From an uncultured Clostridia bacterium (GTDB taxonomy: Bacteria > Bacillota > Limnochordia > Darwinibacteriales > DTU012), in assembly GCA_900019385.1 (NCBI GenBank), contig FIZJ01000003.1:42744-106743 (forward strand): a DNA stretch of 64,000 nt, given 5' to 3'. A program made the position numbers and the translations under genes. The number at the start of each line of letters is the position of its first letter. Positions within the stretch are counted from its first letter, which is position 1. Under the pieces are notes generated by a model. It did not search any database. It worked only from the letters and a program-made list of their open reading frames with translations, and was not told the origin of the DNA. Shown here piece by piece: positions 46,429 to 55,920 of the stretch.

Positions 46429-47493
46429 ATGGATGTCAAAGAAATACTGGCCAACCTGTCGGAAGGCACCGGAGTTTCCGGCTACGAACACGGCATAGCA
46501 GATTATCTGGAGCAAAACTGCCCGTGGGCTGACGAGATCCGCCGGGACAAACTGGGCAATCTGATCATGGTGAAGCGGGCCAGGCCTGCCGCGGAGCAGC
46601 CCAGCAGGCCTAAGGTAATGCTGGCCGCCCATATGGACGAAATTGGGCTTATTGTCACCAAAATCGAAGATGAAGGTTTTCTGCGCTTCAGCGCTGTCGG
46701 CGGCATCGACCAGAGGGTGCTGCTGGCCCAGGAAGTCATAGTCCACGGCAAAGCTGAACTTCCAGGTGTGATCGGGGCCAAGCCGCCCCATGTACAGGCT
46801 CCTGCGGAACGAAACGAGGCTGTGCCCATGGAAGATCTGTACATTGACGTCGGATATGACTCCAAGGAACAGCTGGCTGATCTGGTCAACGTCGGGGACC
46901 TGGCGACGATCAACCGCAAAGTGGTGAGGCTGGCCGGATCGCTCATGGCCGGCAAAGCAATGGATGACCGCGCCGGCGTCGCGGTGATGCTGGAATGCCT
47001 CAAGGCACTGGCCAACATGAACCATATCGCCGATGTCTACGCTGTTGCCACCGTCCAGGAGGAAGTAGGCGTAAGGGGTGCCACCACCAGCACATTCGGC
47101 ATCGTTCCCGACATCGGCATCGCTCTCGATGTTGGCCACGGCGACATGCCCAGCGTACCGGAGCACCTGACGATCAGTCTGGGCAACGGGCCCGGAATCG
47201 CCCTTGGGCCGCATGTCCATCCCAACCTGCACAAGCGTTTGGTCCAGATCGCCAAAGATTGGAACATCAGCTACACTCTGGAACCGGCCACACGCCCCGG
47301 CGGGACTGACGCTTTCGCAATTCAGATCACTCAAGCGGGTATTCCTACTGCCTTGTTGTCCATACCTTTAAGATACATGCACACACCTGTTGAGACACTG
47401 AACTACGAAGATGTACGCAAAACTGCCCGTTTGCTGGCTCAATTCATTTCAGAACTCGATCAGGAATTCGTGGAGGGATTAAAGTGCTTTTAA
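46429..47493 (+). CDS. M42 family (TET/FrvX-like) aminopeptidase, paralog 1
   Basis: HMDEIG, DDRAG, QEEVG motifs. Confidence 0.9.
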   Translation: MDVKEILANLSEGTGVSGYEHGIADYLEQNCPWADEIRRDKLGNLIMVKRARPAAEQPSRPKVMLAAHMDEIGLIVTKIEDEGFLRFSAVGGIDQRVLLAQEVIVHGKAELPGVIGAKPPHVQAPAERNEAVPMEDLYIDVGYDSKEQLADLVNVGDLATINRKVVRLAGSLMAGKAMDDRAGVAVMLECLKALANMNHIADVYAVATVQEEVGVRGATTSTFGIVPDIGIALDVGHGDMPSVPEHLTISLGNGPGIALGPHVHPNLHKRLVQIAKDWNISYTLEPATRPGGTDAFAIQITQAGIPTALLSIPLRYMHTPVETLNYEDVRKTARLLAQFISELDQEFVEGLKCF

Positions 47494-48506
47494 AGCGACT
47501 GACTGAGGCCTGCGGCGGGCCGGGCCAGGAAGATGAGGTCCGGAATCTGATCCGGGGCGAAGTGAAAGATCTGGTTGATCAAGTCACCACCGATGCCTTG
47601 GGCAACCTAATCACCGTCAAGAACGGCACCAAGGCCGGCCCAAAGGTGATGATCGCCGCTCACATGGATGAAGTGGCCTTGATGATCATGAGTATTGAAA
47701 AGTCTGGCCTGCTCAAGTTCAATCCTATTGGAGGGATTGATCCCAGGGTACTGGTGGCCAAGACAGTAGTGGTCGGCAAAAACCGTGTCCCTGGTGTAAT
47801 CGGCTCCAAACCGATTCATCTGCAAAGGCCAGAAGAACGGAAGAAACCTCTCGCCATAGAAGAGCTGTATATCGATATCGGCGCTTCCAAAAAAGATGAA
47901 GCGGAACGGATGGTCAACATCGGTGATCTGGCCTATTTCACAACCGAGTTTGCCGCGATCGGCCCTGACAAGTTCAAAGGCAAAGCCTTGGATGACCGGG
48001 TGGGCTGCGCCATGCTGATCGACATACTCAAAGACACATATCAATTCCCGCTGTATGGAGCCTTTACAGTGCAGGAGGAAGTGGGCCTGCGCGGTGCCGG
48101 CACTGCCGCATACCAGGTCCAGCCTGATCTCGCCTTGGTGCTGGAAGGAACCACCGCATCAGATGTACCCGAAACTCCCAAACACCAGCATGCCACTAGT
48201 GTTGGCAAAGGCCCTTGCCTGACAGTCATGGACAGTTCCGTGATACCTGATCCCCGGTTGGTGGCAAAGCTGATGCAGCTGGCACAGCAGCACAACATCC
48301 CGGTTCAATACAGGCGCAGCACAAGCGGCGGCACCGATGCCGGCAAAATCCAGCAAAGCCGTGCCGGAGTGCCTGTCGCAGTCATCGCCCTGCCGTGCCG
48401 CTACATTCACTCGCCTGCGGCAATCGCCAGCCAAACCGACTATGATCATGCTGTTAAACTTGTGAAGGTGTTCCTGCGCAGTCTGGAAGAAGAAGGAGGA
48501 TTCTAA
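47484..48506 (+). CDS. M42 family aminopeptidase, paralog 2
   Basis: HMDEVA, DDRVG, QEEVG. Confidence 0.9.
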   Translation: MLLKRLTEACGGPGQEDEVRNLIRGEVKDLVDQVTTDALGNLITVKNGTKAGPKVMIAAHMDEVALMIMSIEKSGLLKFNPIGGIDPRVLVAKTVVVGKNRVPGVIGSKPIHLQRPEERKKPLAIEELYIDIGASKKDEAERMVNIGDLAYFTTEFAAIGPDKFKGKALDDRVGCAMLIDILKDTYQFPLYGAFTVQEEVGLRGAGTAAYQVQPDLALVLEGTTASDVPETPKHQHATSVGKGPCLTVMDSSVIPDPRLVAKLMQLAQQHNIPVQYRRSTSGGTDAGKIQQSRAGVPVAVIALPCRYIHSPAAIASQTDYDHAVKLVKVFLRSLEEEGGF

Positions 48507-48508
48507 CT

Positions 48509-49498
48509 ATGAAAAACCTGATTAAGGACCTCGTGGAAAGCTACGGCCCAACCGGTTTTGAGACTGAAGTAACCAACAAGATCCGCACATATATTGCTGA
48601 CAAAGTCGACGAATGTTATGTGGACGCCCTCGGCAATCTTATTGCCCGCAAAAAGGGCAGCGGCAAGAAAGTGATGTTTTCTGCCCATGCCGATGAAATC
48701 GGAGTCATTGTCACCTATATAGACGACGATGGATTCTTGCGGTTCAGCAATGTTGGCGGGCTGAACCTCCTCACTCTCCTCGGCGGCCGAGTCCGTTTCG
48801 CCAACGGTGTGATTGGTGTCATCGGCAAGGAAAAAGGCGAGCTGAAGGATCTCACCCTTGACAAGCTTTTTATCGACATCGGCGCCGCTACCAAAGACGA
48901 AGCCCAGAAAAAGGTCTCCATCGGTGATTTCGCAGTTTTCCACCGGGAATTCGCCGATTTGGGGCAGCGCCTGGTGGCCAAAAGCATGGATGACCGCATC
49001 GGCTGCGCAGTCTTGGTCGAGGCCATCCGCAGGCTGGATCATTCTGATCACGACCTCTACTTTGTTTTCAGCGCGCAGGAGGAGGTCGGGCTTCGGGGCG
49101 CCCGCACCGCGGCCTACAGCATCGACCCGGATCTGGGGATCGCAATCGATGTGACTAGGACTGGCGACACCCCGGAAGCTCCCCGCATGGATGTAAGCCT
49201 GGGCAAGGGTGCCGCCATCAAAGTGAAGGATTCCTCGGTGATCGCCCATCCCAAAGTGAAGAACCTCATGGTCCGGCTGGCCGAGGCCGATCAAATCAAG
49301 TACCAACTTGAGGTCTTGGAAGCTGGGGGAACCGACGCCGGCGCCATCCACCTCACAAAATCAGGTGTCCCGTCCGGCACCATCTCAATCCCCTGCCGCT
49401 ATGTGCACAGCCCGTCGGAAATGGTGGACCTGGACGATGTGGAAAACTGTGTGAAGTTGATTCTGGCCATCTGCCGCGATTCCCTCGATGAATTCTAG
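48509..49498 (+). CDS. M42 family aminopeptidase, paralog 3
   Basis: HADEIG, DDRIG, QEEVG. Confidence 0.9.
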   Translation: MKNLIKDLVESYGPTGFETEVTNKIRTYIADKVDECYVDALGNLIARKKGSGKKVMFSAHADEIGVIVTYIDDDGFLRFSNVGGLNLLTLLGGRVRFANGVIGVIGKEKGELKDLTLDKLFIDIGAATKDEAQKKVSIGDFAVFHREFADLGQRLVAKSMDDRIGCAVLVEAIRRLDHSDHDLYFVFSAQEEVGLRGARTAAYSIDPDLGIAIDVTRTGDTPEAPRMDVSLGKGAAIKVKDSSVIAHPKVKNLMVRLAEADQIKYQLEVLEAGGTDAGAIHLTKSGVPSGTISIPCRYVHSPSEMVDLDDVENCVKLILAICRDSLDEF

Positions 49499-49515
49499 TC
49501 CGCCAAGAAAAAAGA

Positions 49516-49548
49516 AACAGGGCTTGTTCAAAGCCCTGTTTTGCTTTT
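49516..49548. terminator. bidirectional terminator between the convergent M42 and decarboxylase operons
   Basis: AACAGGGCUUguucaAAGCCCUGUUUUGCUUUU. Confidence 0.8.
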
Positions 49549-49562
49549 ATGCGCTTGCAAGG

Positions 49563-50891
49563 CTATGCCTGTTTCCGGCTCAAAAAGAACTGGCGGGCAT
49601 ACTCGGGAAACAATATGTAACTTAAGACATCCTCATCGCTGGCAGCCAGTCCCTTGATCTCTTTCCTGGCCTCCTCCATTCCCGGTGCCAAGAGATCCGC
49701 CGGGCGGACTGTGATCGGCTTCTCGTCACCGATGATCATCTTCTGGACTTCCGGTTCGATGGGAACCGGCGGACGGCCGTACAGTCCTTTCACATAATCC
49801 TTTATCTCCTTGGTCTTGATCTTGTACCTTTCACCGGTAATCACGTTCAACACCGCCTGGGTGCCTATGATCTGGCTCATGGGCGTCACCAGAGGCGGAT
49901 AACCCAGTTCCTTGCGGACCCGGGGAACTTCCTCCAGAATCTCGTCGTATTTGTGGCTGAGCTTCTGCTGTTCCAGCTGGGCCCGGAGATTGGACAGCAT
50001 CCCTCCTGGGATCTGGCTGACCATCACTTCGGTGTTCACCGCTGCTTGCGGCTTCTTGTAATCGGCAAGGGCTTTCTTGATTTCCTGATTGATCCTGGCC
50101 AAAAGGCTCAAATCCAGGCCGGTGTCGTAATCTGTTTCCTGGAGCACCTTCACCATCGTCTCCGTTGGAGGTTGGGACGTTCCCAAAGCCAACGCGGATA
50201 TCGCTGTGTCCACCACAGCCACGCCGGCTTGAATCCCTTCCCAATAGGCCATGGACGCAAAACCACAGGTGTAATGGGAATGGAGCTGAATTGGCACATT
50301 GACGGCTTGTTTCAACTGCCTGACCAGTTCGCTGGCCCTGGCAGGCGTCAACAACCCAGCCATATCCTTGATGCAGATGGAATCGGCACCCATTTCCACC
50401 AGTTCTTTGGCAATCTTCACATAACCTGGAATGTCATGAGCAGGGCTGACAGTATAGACGACAGACGCCTGAGCGTGGGCACCTGTTTTTTTAACCGCCC
50501 GCAGGGCTCTTTCGATATTCCGGGTATCGTTCAGAGCGTCAAAGATCCGGATAATATCAATTCCGTTCTCCACCGCCTTGGCCACAAAAGTGTCCACCAC
50601 ATCATCCGGATACTGACGGTAGGCCACGAGATTTTGCCCTCTGAGCAGCATCTGCAGCTTTGTCCTGGGCATTCTTTTCCGCAGTGTCCTAAGTCTTTCC
50701 CACGGATCCTCGTTCAAATAGCGCAGGCAGGTGTCGAAGGTAGCCCCGCCCCACACTTCCACCGAATGATAACCCACCTCATCAATCATCTCGGCCACCG
50801 CGAGCATGTGCTCAATCTTCAACCGCGTGGCCAGAAGCGACTGATGGGCGTCGCGAAACAAGGTTTCTGTAATTCCGATTTTGCGCTGCAT
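49563..50891 (-). CDS. oxaloacetate decarboxylase alpha-type carboxyltransferase (5S/PycB-like TIM barrel, no biotin domain)
   Basis: ...FRDAHQSL..., HSHYTCG metal motif; 442 aa ending before any biotinyl domain. Confidence 0.85.
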   Translation of the reverse strand: MQRKIGITETLFRDAHQSLLATRLKIEHMLAVAEMIDEVGYHSVEVWGGATFDTCLRYLNEDPWERLRTLRKRMPRTKLQMLLRGQNLVAYRQYPDDVVDTFVAKAVENGIDIIRIFDALNDTRNIERALRAVKKTGAHAQASVVYTVSPAHDIPGYVKIAKELVEMGADSICIKDMAGLLTPARASELVRQLKQAVNVPIQLHSHYTCGFASMAYWEGIQAGVAVVDTAISALALGTSQPPTETMVKVLQETDYDTGLDLSLLARINQEIKKALADYKKPQAAVNTEVMVSQIPGGMLSNLRAQLEQQKLSHKYDEILEEVPRVRKELGYPPLVTPMSQIIGTQAVLNVITGERYKIKTKEIKDYVKGLYGRPPVPIEPEVQKMIIGDEKPITVRPADLLAPGMEEARKEIKGLAASDEDVLSYILFPEYARQFFLSRKQA

Positions 50892-50903
50892 TATCTCCCC
50901 CTC

Positions 50904-52022
50904 CTATCCAAGCACCGACAGCAGCACTCCCGCCGCGATTGCCGAGCCGATCACTCCCGCGACATTGGGCCCCATGGCGTGCATCAGCAGAAAATTGGTG
51001 CGGTCTTCTTCCTGCCCCACCAACTGTACCACCCGGGCGCTCATGGGGACTGCTGAAACACCGGCCGCTCCAATGAGAGGATTGATCTTGCCTTTGGATA
51101 TCACCGACAAAATCTTGCCAAACAGCACTCCCCCCGCAGTGGCCAACGCGAACGAAGCTGCTCCCAAAAGCAGAATAGAGATGGTCGACAAGCTGATGAA
51201 CGCAGCACCGTTGGCAGTGGCTCCCACTGTGAGCCCGACAAAAATGGTGACGATATTCATCAGTTCATTCTGGGCTGTATAAGACAGCCTCTGCGTCACG
51301 CCGCACTCCCTTAAGAGGTTTCCGAGCATCAATGTGCCGATCAAAGGCAGCGAATTCGGGACCAGCAAACCGGAAAAGAGTGTGACAATGATTGGAAACA
51401 GGATTTTTTCGACACGGCTGACTTTGCGCAGCTGTGTCATCTTAATCCTCTGCTCGGCCTTGGTTGTCAGAAGCTTCATAATCGGCGGCTGGATGATCGG
51501 CACCAGGGCCATGTACGAGTAGGCCGCTATCGCGATGGGCGCTAGAAGGTGCGGCGCCAGCATGGCCGTAAGAAAGATAGCCGTCGGGCCGTCAGCGCCG
51601 GCTATAATGGCGATTGCCGCTGCCTCCTGCATAGTGAAGCTCAAGCCGGGTAAGCTAACCGTGGATGCGATCATGAACGTGACAAAAATGCCCAACTGGG
51701 CGGCGGCACCCAAGAGCAGGCTCCGCGGATTGGCGAGCAGAGGCCCAAAATCGGTCATAGCGCCCACCCCCAAAAAAATCAAGGGTGGGTAGATCCCCAG
51801 TTCAATGCCTTTGTATAGAACGTGAAGCAGACCGCCGGGCTCCATGATGCCTGTCTTGGGGAAATTGGCCAGAAAAACACCAAAGGCGATCGGCACCAAG
51901 AGCAGCGGCTCGTATTTCTTGCGAATCCCCAAGTACATCAGGACAAGGGCAATGACCAGCATTACCGCTTCCTGCCAGGTGACCGCATATAGACCAGTGC
52001 TTTCCCACAAAGTTCCCAACAT
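50904..52022 (-). CDS. oadB: Na+-translocating decarboxylase beta subunit (OadB/GcdB/MmdB family)
   Basis: 372 aa, ~9 TM, conserved LLFLGxGA-like segments. Confidence 0.9.
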   Translation of the reverse strand: MLGTLWESTGLYAVTWQEAVMLVIALVLMYLGIRKKYEPLLLVPIAFGVFLANFPKTGIMEPGGLLHVLYKGIELGIYPPLIFLGVGAMTDFGPLLANPRSLLLGAAAQLGIFVTFMIASTVSLPGLSFTMQEAAAIAIIAGADGPTAIFLTAMLAPHLLAPIAIAAYSYMALVPIIQPPIMKLLTTKAEQRIKMTQLRKVSRVEKILFPIIVTLFSGLLVPNSLPLIGTLMLGNLLRECGVTQRLSYTAQNELMNIVTIFVGLTVGATANGAAFISLSTISILLLGAASFALATAGGVLFGKILSVISKGKINPLIGAAGVSAVPMSARVVQLVGQEEDRTNFLLMHAMGPNVAGVIGSAIAAGVLLSVLG

Positions 52023-52037
52023 TCCAGATGTCCCTCT

Positions 52038-52367
52038 CTATTGGATAATAGCCAGTACATGTTCAGCTTCCACGGATACACCAGTCTGCACAATCTGAAC
52101 GACAGTGCCGGCAACCGGCGCCGTGATTTCATTCTCCAGCTTCAGTGCTTCCAAAGTGAGCAGCACATCCCCTGCCTGTACTTTGTCGCCGACCTTGGCC
52201 TTAACCGAAAGAATTGTCCCTGCCAGAGGCGCCTTCACCTCTGTGCCGCTCGGCTTCTGTTCCGAAGAAGAATGTGCCTGCGGTTTCGCTTGCTGTTCCG
52301 ACGGTGTTAAAAGCTCGACTTCCACTTCGTAGACTCTACCATCGATCTTGACACGGTATTTGGTCAT
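52038..52367 (-). CDS. biotin carboxyl carrier subunit (biotinyl domain) of the decarboxylase
   Basis: ...VLLTLEALKLENEITAP... (biotinyl-Lys context; E-A-L-K-L in place of A-M-K-M). Confidence 0.85.
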   Translation of the reverse strand: MTKYRVKIDGRVYEVEVELLTPSEQQAKPQAHSSSEQKPSGTEVKAPLAGTILSVKAKVGDKVQAGDVLLTLEALKLENEITAPVAGTVVQIVQTGVSVEAEHVLAIIQ

Positions 52368-52395
52368 ATCCTGCCCTCCATTTACTTAGCTCGAG

Positions 52396-52665
52396 TTACC
52401 CAACTCGTGTGATTCTCAGTTCTCCTTCCACACCCAATTCTTTCATCACTGCGGCAATAACCGCCAAATCCCGCGCTTGTCCGTCGAAACCACCGTCGAC
52501 AGCGGCTGGAGCAGTGCCGGGCTTTGCCTTGGGTTTTGCTGTGGAAGCTGTGAATACAGTGATCAGCTTACTGATTAACCAAACCAGGACAGCCAGGGCC
52601 ATCAGCGTCAAAAACACGACGATTGCCCCCAAGATGCTGATTTCTAGAGCACTGATGACGGCCAC
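52396..52665 (-). CDS. oadG: OadG-like gamma subunit (single TM)
   Basis: 89 aa, N-terminal TM, Pro/Ala-rich linker; typical position; start codon uncertain (GTG with adjacent SD). Confidence 0.55.
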   Translation of the reverse strand: MAVISALEISILGAIVVFLTLMALAVLVWLISKLITVFTASTAKPKAKPGTAPAAVDGGFDGQARDLAVIAAVMKELGVEGELRITRVG

Positions 52666-52694
52666 CTCCCGTTTATTGATTCATGAAAAAGCGG

Positions 52695-52719
52695 GGCTTA
52701 TTTCTTGCCGGAATAAGCC
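52695..52719 (-). promoter_or_regulatory. stem-loop overlapping the S-component stop codon, followed by CUUUUUC (possible attenuator between transporter and decarboxylase genes)
   Basis: GGCUUAUUccggcaagaAAUAAGCCccgCUUUUUC. Confidence 0.35.
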
Positions 52720-53216
52720 TCGCCATATTTGCGCAAAAGTTTCATCAGCCTGTCGCCAAAAGCAAAATACATGGCGGCATTGCCGACAGCATGTGTCAGA
52801 TCATGCGGCAGTCCTGCCAGATAGTAGGCAATAATCCTTCTGGTGAACAGCAGCCCGTTTAGAGAAACAATCATGCCGTACATTATTCCCAACAACCCGG
52901 CAGCCGCTGTGGACACAAGCAGGCTCCGCCTCCATTTGGTTTTGCCGTACAAGTAACTCGCCACTGCCACCGCCGTCCAGCTCAACATCTGAAAAATGGT
53001 CCAGATTCCATGGCCGAGCTGGAGATTGGAGATCCAGGTACTTATGACAGCAACCATGACTGCCGGGCGCAGTCCCATGGACATCGCTGTCACCATGATG
53101 ATCACAGTTGTCGGCTGCATCCCCGGTACTGGTTCCATGACGATCCTGCCGGCGATGCTGGCTGCCGCAAGCAGCGCAACCACCGCCTGTTCCCTAATGT
53201 GACGCCTTACTGCCAT
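52698..53216 (-). CDS. ECF-transporter S-component-like small membrane protein (~6 TM)
   Basis: Hydrophobicity pattern/size; start ATG overlaps the upstream stop (ATGGCAGTAA); family assignment tentative. Confidence 0.45.
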   Translation of the reverse strand: MAVRRHIREQAVVALLAAASIAGRIVMEPVPGMQPTTVIIMVTAMSMGLRPAVMVAVISTWISNLQLGHGIWTIFQMLSWTAVAVASYLYGKTKWRRSLLVSTAAAGLLGIMYGMIVSLNGLLFTRRIIAYYLAGLPHDLTHAVGNAAMYFAFGDRLMKLLRKYGEAYSGKK

Positions 53217-53626
53217 GGACGTAGATCCCAGTGATAGACATCCCCGTCTTTGATCTGGTACTGGGAAGCTCCAACCAAGGCCATCTCCCCGTTGATATCG
53301 TACATCCACGCCGTCTGGTCTGCGTTGGATGCCTGTCTACCCTGGATTGAGGTGATGAAGCCGCCCGTGTGCTCGATCATGAACTTGCGCTCCATCAGTT
53401 CCAGCAGCGTGTAATTCTTGTCTTTGGGTATCTTGAAATAATAAGTGATAGGATTCTGGCCGTTGTTTTCGCTCAAAATCACTTTGACATCGATTGTGTC
53501 ATTGTCGTCAGCCCAGCCAGGAATGCCTGCCGGTTCAGGCTGCGCCAGCCAATAGCCGGCGGCAGCGCCCAAGAAAGCAGCCACCACAACCAACGCCGCC
53601 ACAACTATATATGTCTGCTTCTTCAT
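53207..53626 (-). CDS. DUF4430-like (corrinoid-binding BtuH/transcobalamin-β-like) membrane-anchored protein
   Basis: N-terminal anchor; ...TAWMYDINGEMALVGASQYQIKDGDVYHWDL resembles the DUF4430 signature; tentative. Confidence 0.45.
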   Translation of the reverse strand: MKKQTYIVVAALVVVAAFLGAAAGYWLAQPEPAGIPGWADDNDTIDVKVILSENNGQNPITYYFKIPKDKNYTLLELMERKFMIEHTGGFITSIQGRQASNADQTAWMYDINGEMALVGASQYQIKDGDVYHWDLRPWQ

Positions 53627-53651
53627 CCTGACCCACTCCCAACCAGAATAC

Positions 53652-54422
53652 TTAGATGGTCATGGCGCCGAACCCGCCGTCAACCCTGACCAAAGCGCCA
53701 GTCACATAGCTGGACGCTTTCTCCGACGCCAGCCAGAGGCAGACACCCTGCAGCTCCTTTGGTTCGCCAAAGCGCTTCACCGGGGTATGGCGCATGATAT
53801 CCGCGACCCGCTGCTCGTCTAGAATCCTGCGGTTTTGCTCAGCTGGGAAGAAGCCAGGTATGATGGCATTCACCCGGATGTTGTAGGGTGCCAGTTCCCT
53901 GGCCAGGTACTGGGTAATACTGTTGATCCCCGCCTTTGATGCTGAATAGGTGAACACTCTCGACAGCGGCGGCCCCGATGACACTGACGAAATATTGATG
54001 ATGCTGCCGCCGGTGCCTTGTTTGATCATCTTCTTGGCGAAAATCTGGATTGTGAACACACAGCCTTTCAAGTTGACGGCCATGATATTGTCCCATTCTG
54101 ACGGCTGCAGCTCCAAGAATGGCGTGCTGGAATTCACCCCCGGCGCGTAGAGGAGGATATCAACGGAACCGGCCCACGCTTCGATTTCGTCAGCCGCTCT
54201 CTGCACTGATTCCAAGTCGGTCACATCGGCGACAAACGATTTGATCTCGCCGCCCAAAGCCCGCACTTGCTCCTCCACTTCCGGCGCATATTCCGGTTTC
54301 ATCACTACCGAAGCGATCTTTGCGCCGTGGAGTACAAAGCCTTCAATAATCGCCCGGGCAAGGGTGCTGTTGCCGCCCATGATTACCGCTGTTTTCCCTT
54401 CTAAGCTGAACAAATCTGACAT
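53652..54422 (-). CDS. short-chain dehydrogenase/reductase (SDR)
   Basis: ...GKTAVIMGGNSTLARAII..., YSASK catalytic tetrad; start MSDLFS with AAGGAG RBS. Confidence 0.85.
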   Translation of the reverse strand: MSDLFSLEGKTAVIMGGNSTLARAIIEGFVLHGAKIASVVMKPEYAPEVEEQVRALGGEIKSFVADVTDLESVQRAADEIEAWAGSVDILLYAPGVNSSTPFLELQPSEWDNIMAVNLKGCVFTIQIFAKKMIKQGTGGSIINISSVSSGPPLSRVFTYSASKAGINSITQYLARELAPYNIRVNAIIPGFFPAEQNRRILDEQRVADIMRHTPVKRFGEPKELQGVCLWLASEKASSYVTGALVRVDGGFGAMTI

Positions 54423-54471
54423 ACTATGGCTCCTTTCCAATAATAGATTTACATTTTTCGGCTGTGTTGGA

Positions 54472-55743
54472 TCAGCGCGTCAAATTGCCGTTAGCGTCAA
54501 ACTCCCAGTCATACGGAGCTGAGAGAATGTTCAGGTTCGGATTGCTTTCCACTTCTGGAATCATCGGCTCCGACACCTCGATCTCCGCCAGCTGCAGCGT
54601 GTTTTTGATCCTGACAAGGCGGACCTTGGTGAAATCGAGGATGTTGCAGGTTTTGATCGCTGCCTGAATAGCCTCCCGGTCATTCTCCAAAGTGGTGGGT
54701 ATCTTTGTCGGCGCTACCACTGTGGATGTGAGGCCGTTGGCATAGATTTTCTCGTAGTCGATTTTATCCACGCAGTACCTTGTGGTGAAGTCCGCGGTTC
54801 CGATGCCGTTGGCGTTGCCTTCAGTCTCGTCCGTCAAATCGAGGACCACGATCTTGGTCACATCTGGGCCTCCGTAAGCGTAAGGTGTGGGATAGCGCCC
54901 CACCACATTGGGATCAAACCCGTCTCCGCTGATGTTTTTGCCGATTTCATCGATCACCAGGACATCGATCTGGTCGAACCACAGTTTGGGCATATTGGCT
55001 TTGGCAATCTTGAGCAGTTCTTTCTCTTCGCCTTCGATCTCGCTGGCTGGAATCACCTTAAGCTTCATCACCTGATCAAAGGCATTCTCCACTGTGGCCA
55101 CACCGAACAGCACCGGCAGCTTGTCCATAATCACCTTGGCCATGGTTGGGACGAATTCGGCCATATGTTTAAACCCCAGTTGGTGGCAGGCTTCGGCGCC
55201 CTTTTGCTTGCCGAGGCCGATGGCCAGCATCTTCATCAGACCGCTTTCAATCGGGCCGCGGAACGCCGTATGGGGTTTGACCCGGTTGATGACAACGATA
55301 CCGTCAGCCTGGCATGCGAAACGATCCACGTATACAGGCAGCCCATTTTCGAGAGAAGCGATCTGATTGACCTCCATGGATGAACGGATCGGCGCCCCCA
55401 CCGAGTCTTCCGTAATCCCCAGATGCCGCAGCACTTCTTTTTGGCCTTCAGCCGAAGCACCGCCGTGGCTGCCCATGCTGGGGACGATGAACGGCTCGGC
55501 CTGCAGTGCCTTCAGCTCTTCCACCACTACCCTTACTATATCAGCGATCCGATTCACACCGCGGCTGCCTACCGCGACAGCTATCGTCATTCCCGGCTTG
55601 ATCATCGCTTGGATGTGTTCTTGACGCAGTTGAGCCCTTAGTTCGCCTTCCACGTCGGCCAGCCGGGGAGCGTCAAACTTCTGGCTTACTTTCACCATTC
55701 TTGGAATGGGTATGCCTTTCACTAGTTCCGACACTACTCCCAC
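54472..55743 (-). CDS. LarA-family (lactate racemase-like, DUF2088) α-hydroxyacid racemase/epimerase homolog
   Basis: 423 aa; overall similarity to the LarA/DUF2088 fold (N-terminal ...KVSQKFDAPR...VGSRG); GTG start with GGAAGGTGA RBS. Confidence 0.7.
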   Translation of the reverse strand: MGVVSELVKGIPIPRMVKVSQKFDAPRLADVEGELRAQLRQEHIQAMIKPGMTIAVAVGSRGVNRIADIVRVVVEELKALQAEPFIVPSMGSHGGASAEGQKEVLRHLGITEDSVGAPIRSSMEVNQIASLENGLPVYVDRFACQADGIVVINRVKPHTAFRGPIESGLMKMLAIGLGKQKGAEACHQLGFKHMAEFVPTMAKVIMDKLPVLFGVATVENAFDQVMKLKVIPASEIEGEEKELLKIAKANMPKLWFDQIDVLVIDEIGKNISGDGFDPNVVGRYPTPYAYGGPDVTKIVVLDLTDETEGNANGIGTADFTTRYCVDKIDYEKIYANGLTSTVVAPTKIPTTLENDREAIQAAIKTCNILDFTKVRLVRIKNTLQLAEIEVSEPMIPEVESNPNLNILSAPYDWEFDANGNLTR

Positions 55744-55777
55744 AGTATCACCTTCCTTGCTATATCGTCCTGTGTCT

Positions 55778-55806
55778 ATTATACACTTTATCGGGGCATA
55801 TTTACA
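55778..55806 (-). promoter_or_regulatory. sigma-A promoter (TGTAAA-17-TATAAT) for the LarA-like operon
   Basis: Perfect -10 hexamer, about 45 nt upstream of the start. Confidence 0.5.
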
Positions 55807-55864
55807 GTTCTAGGATAAAAATCAAAATCCTGCCGGAATCCTAAGCAACCAAGTTCTTTATGCT

Positions 55865-55893
55865 TGACAAGTGAAACCATCATTTGTATAATT
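55865..55893 (+). promoter_or_regulatory. perfect-consensus sigma-A promoter (TTGACA-17-TATAAT) for aroF
   Basis: Both hexamers and the spacer are exact consensus. Confidence 0.75.
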
Positions 55894-55920
55894 TTGCCTA
55901 AATACCAAGGGGGCAGTGCC

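Noticed and set aside
49953-51056. 367-aa +strand ORF (His/Arg-rich)
   Set aside because: Antisense to the decarboxylase alpha/beta genes; composition typical of a GC-rich frame artefact.
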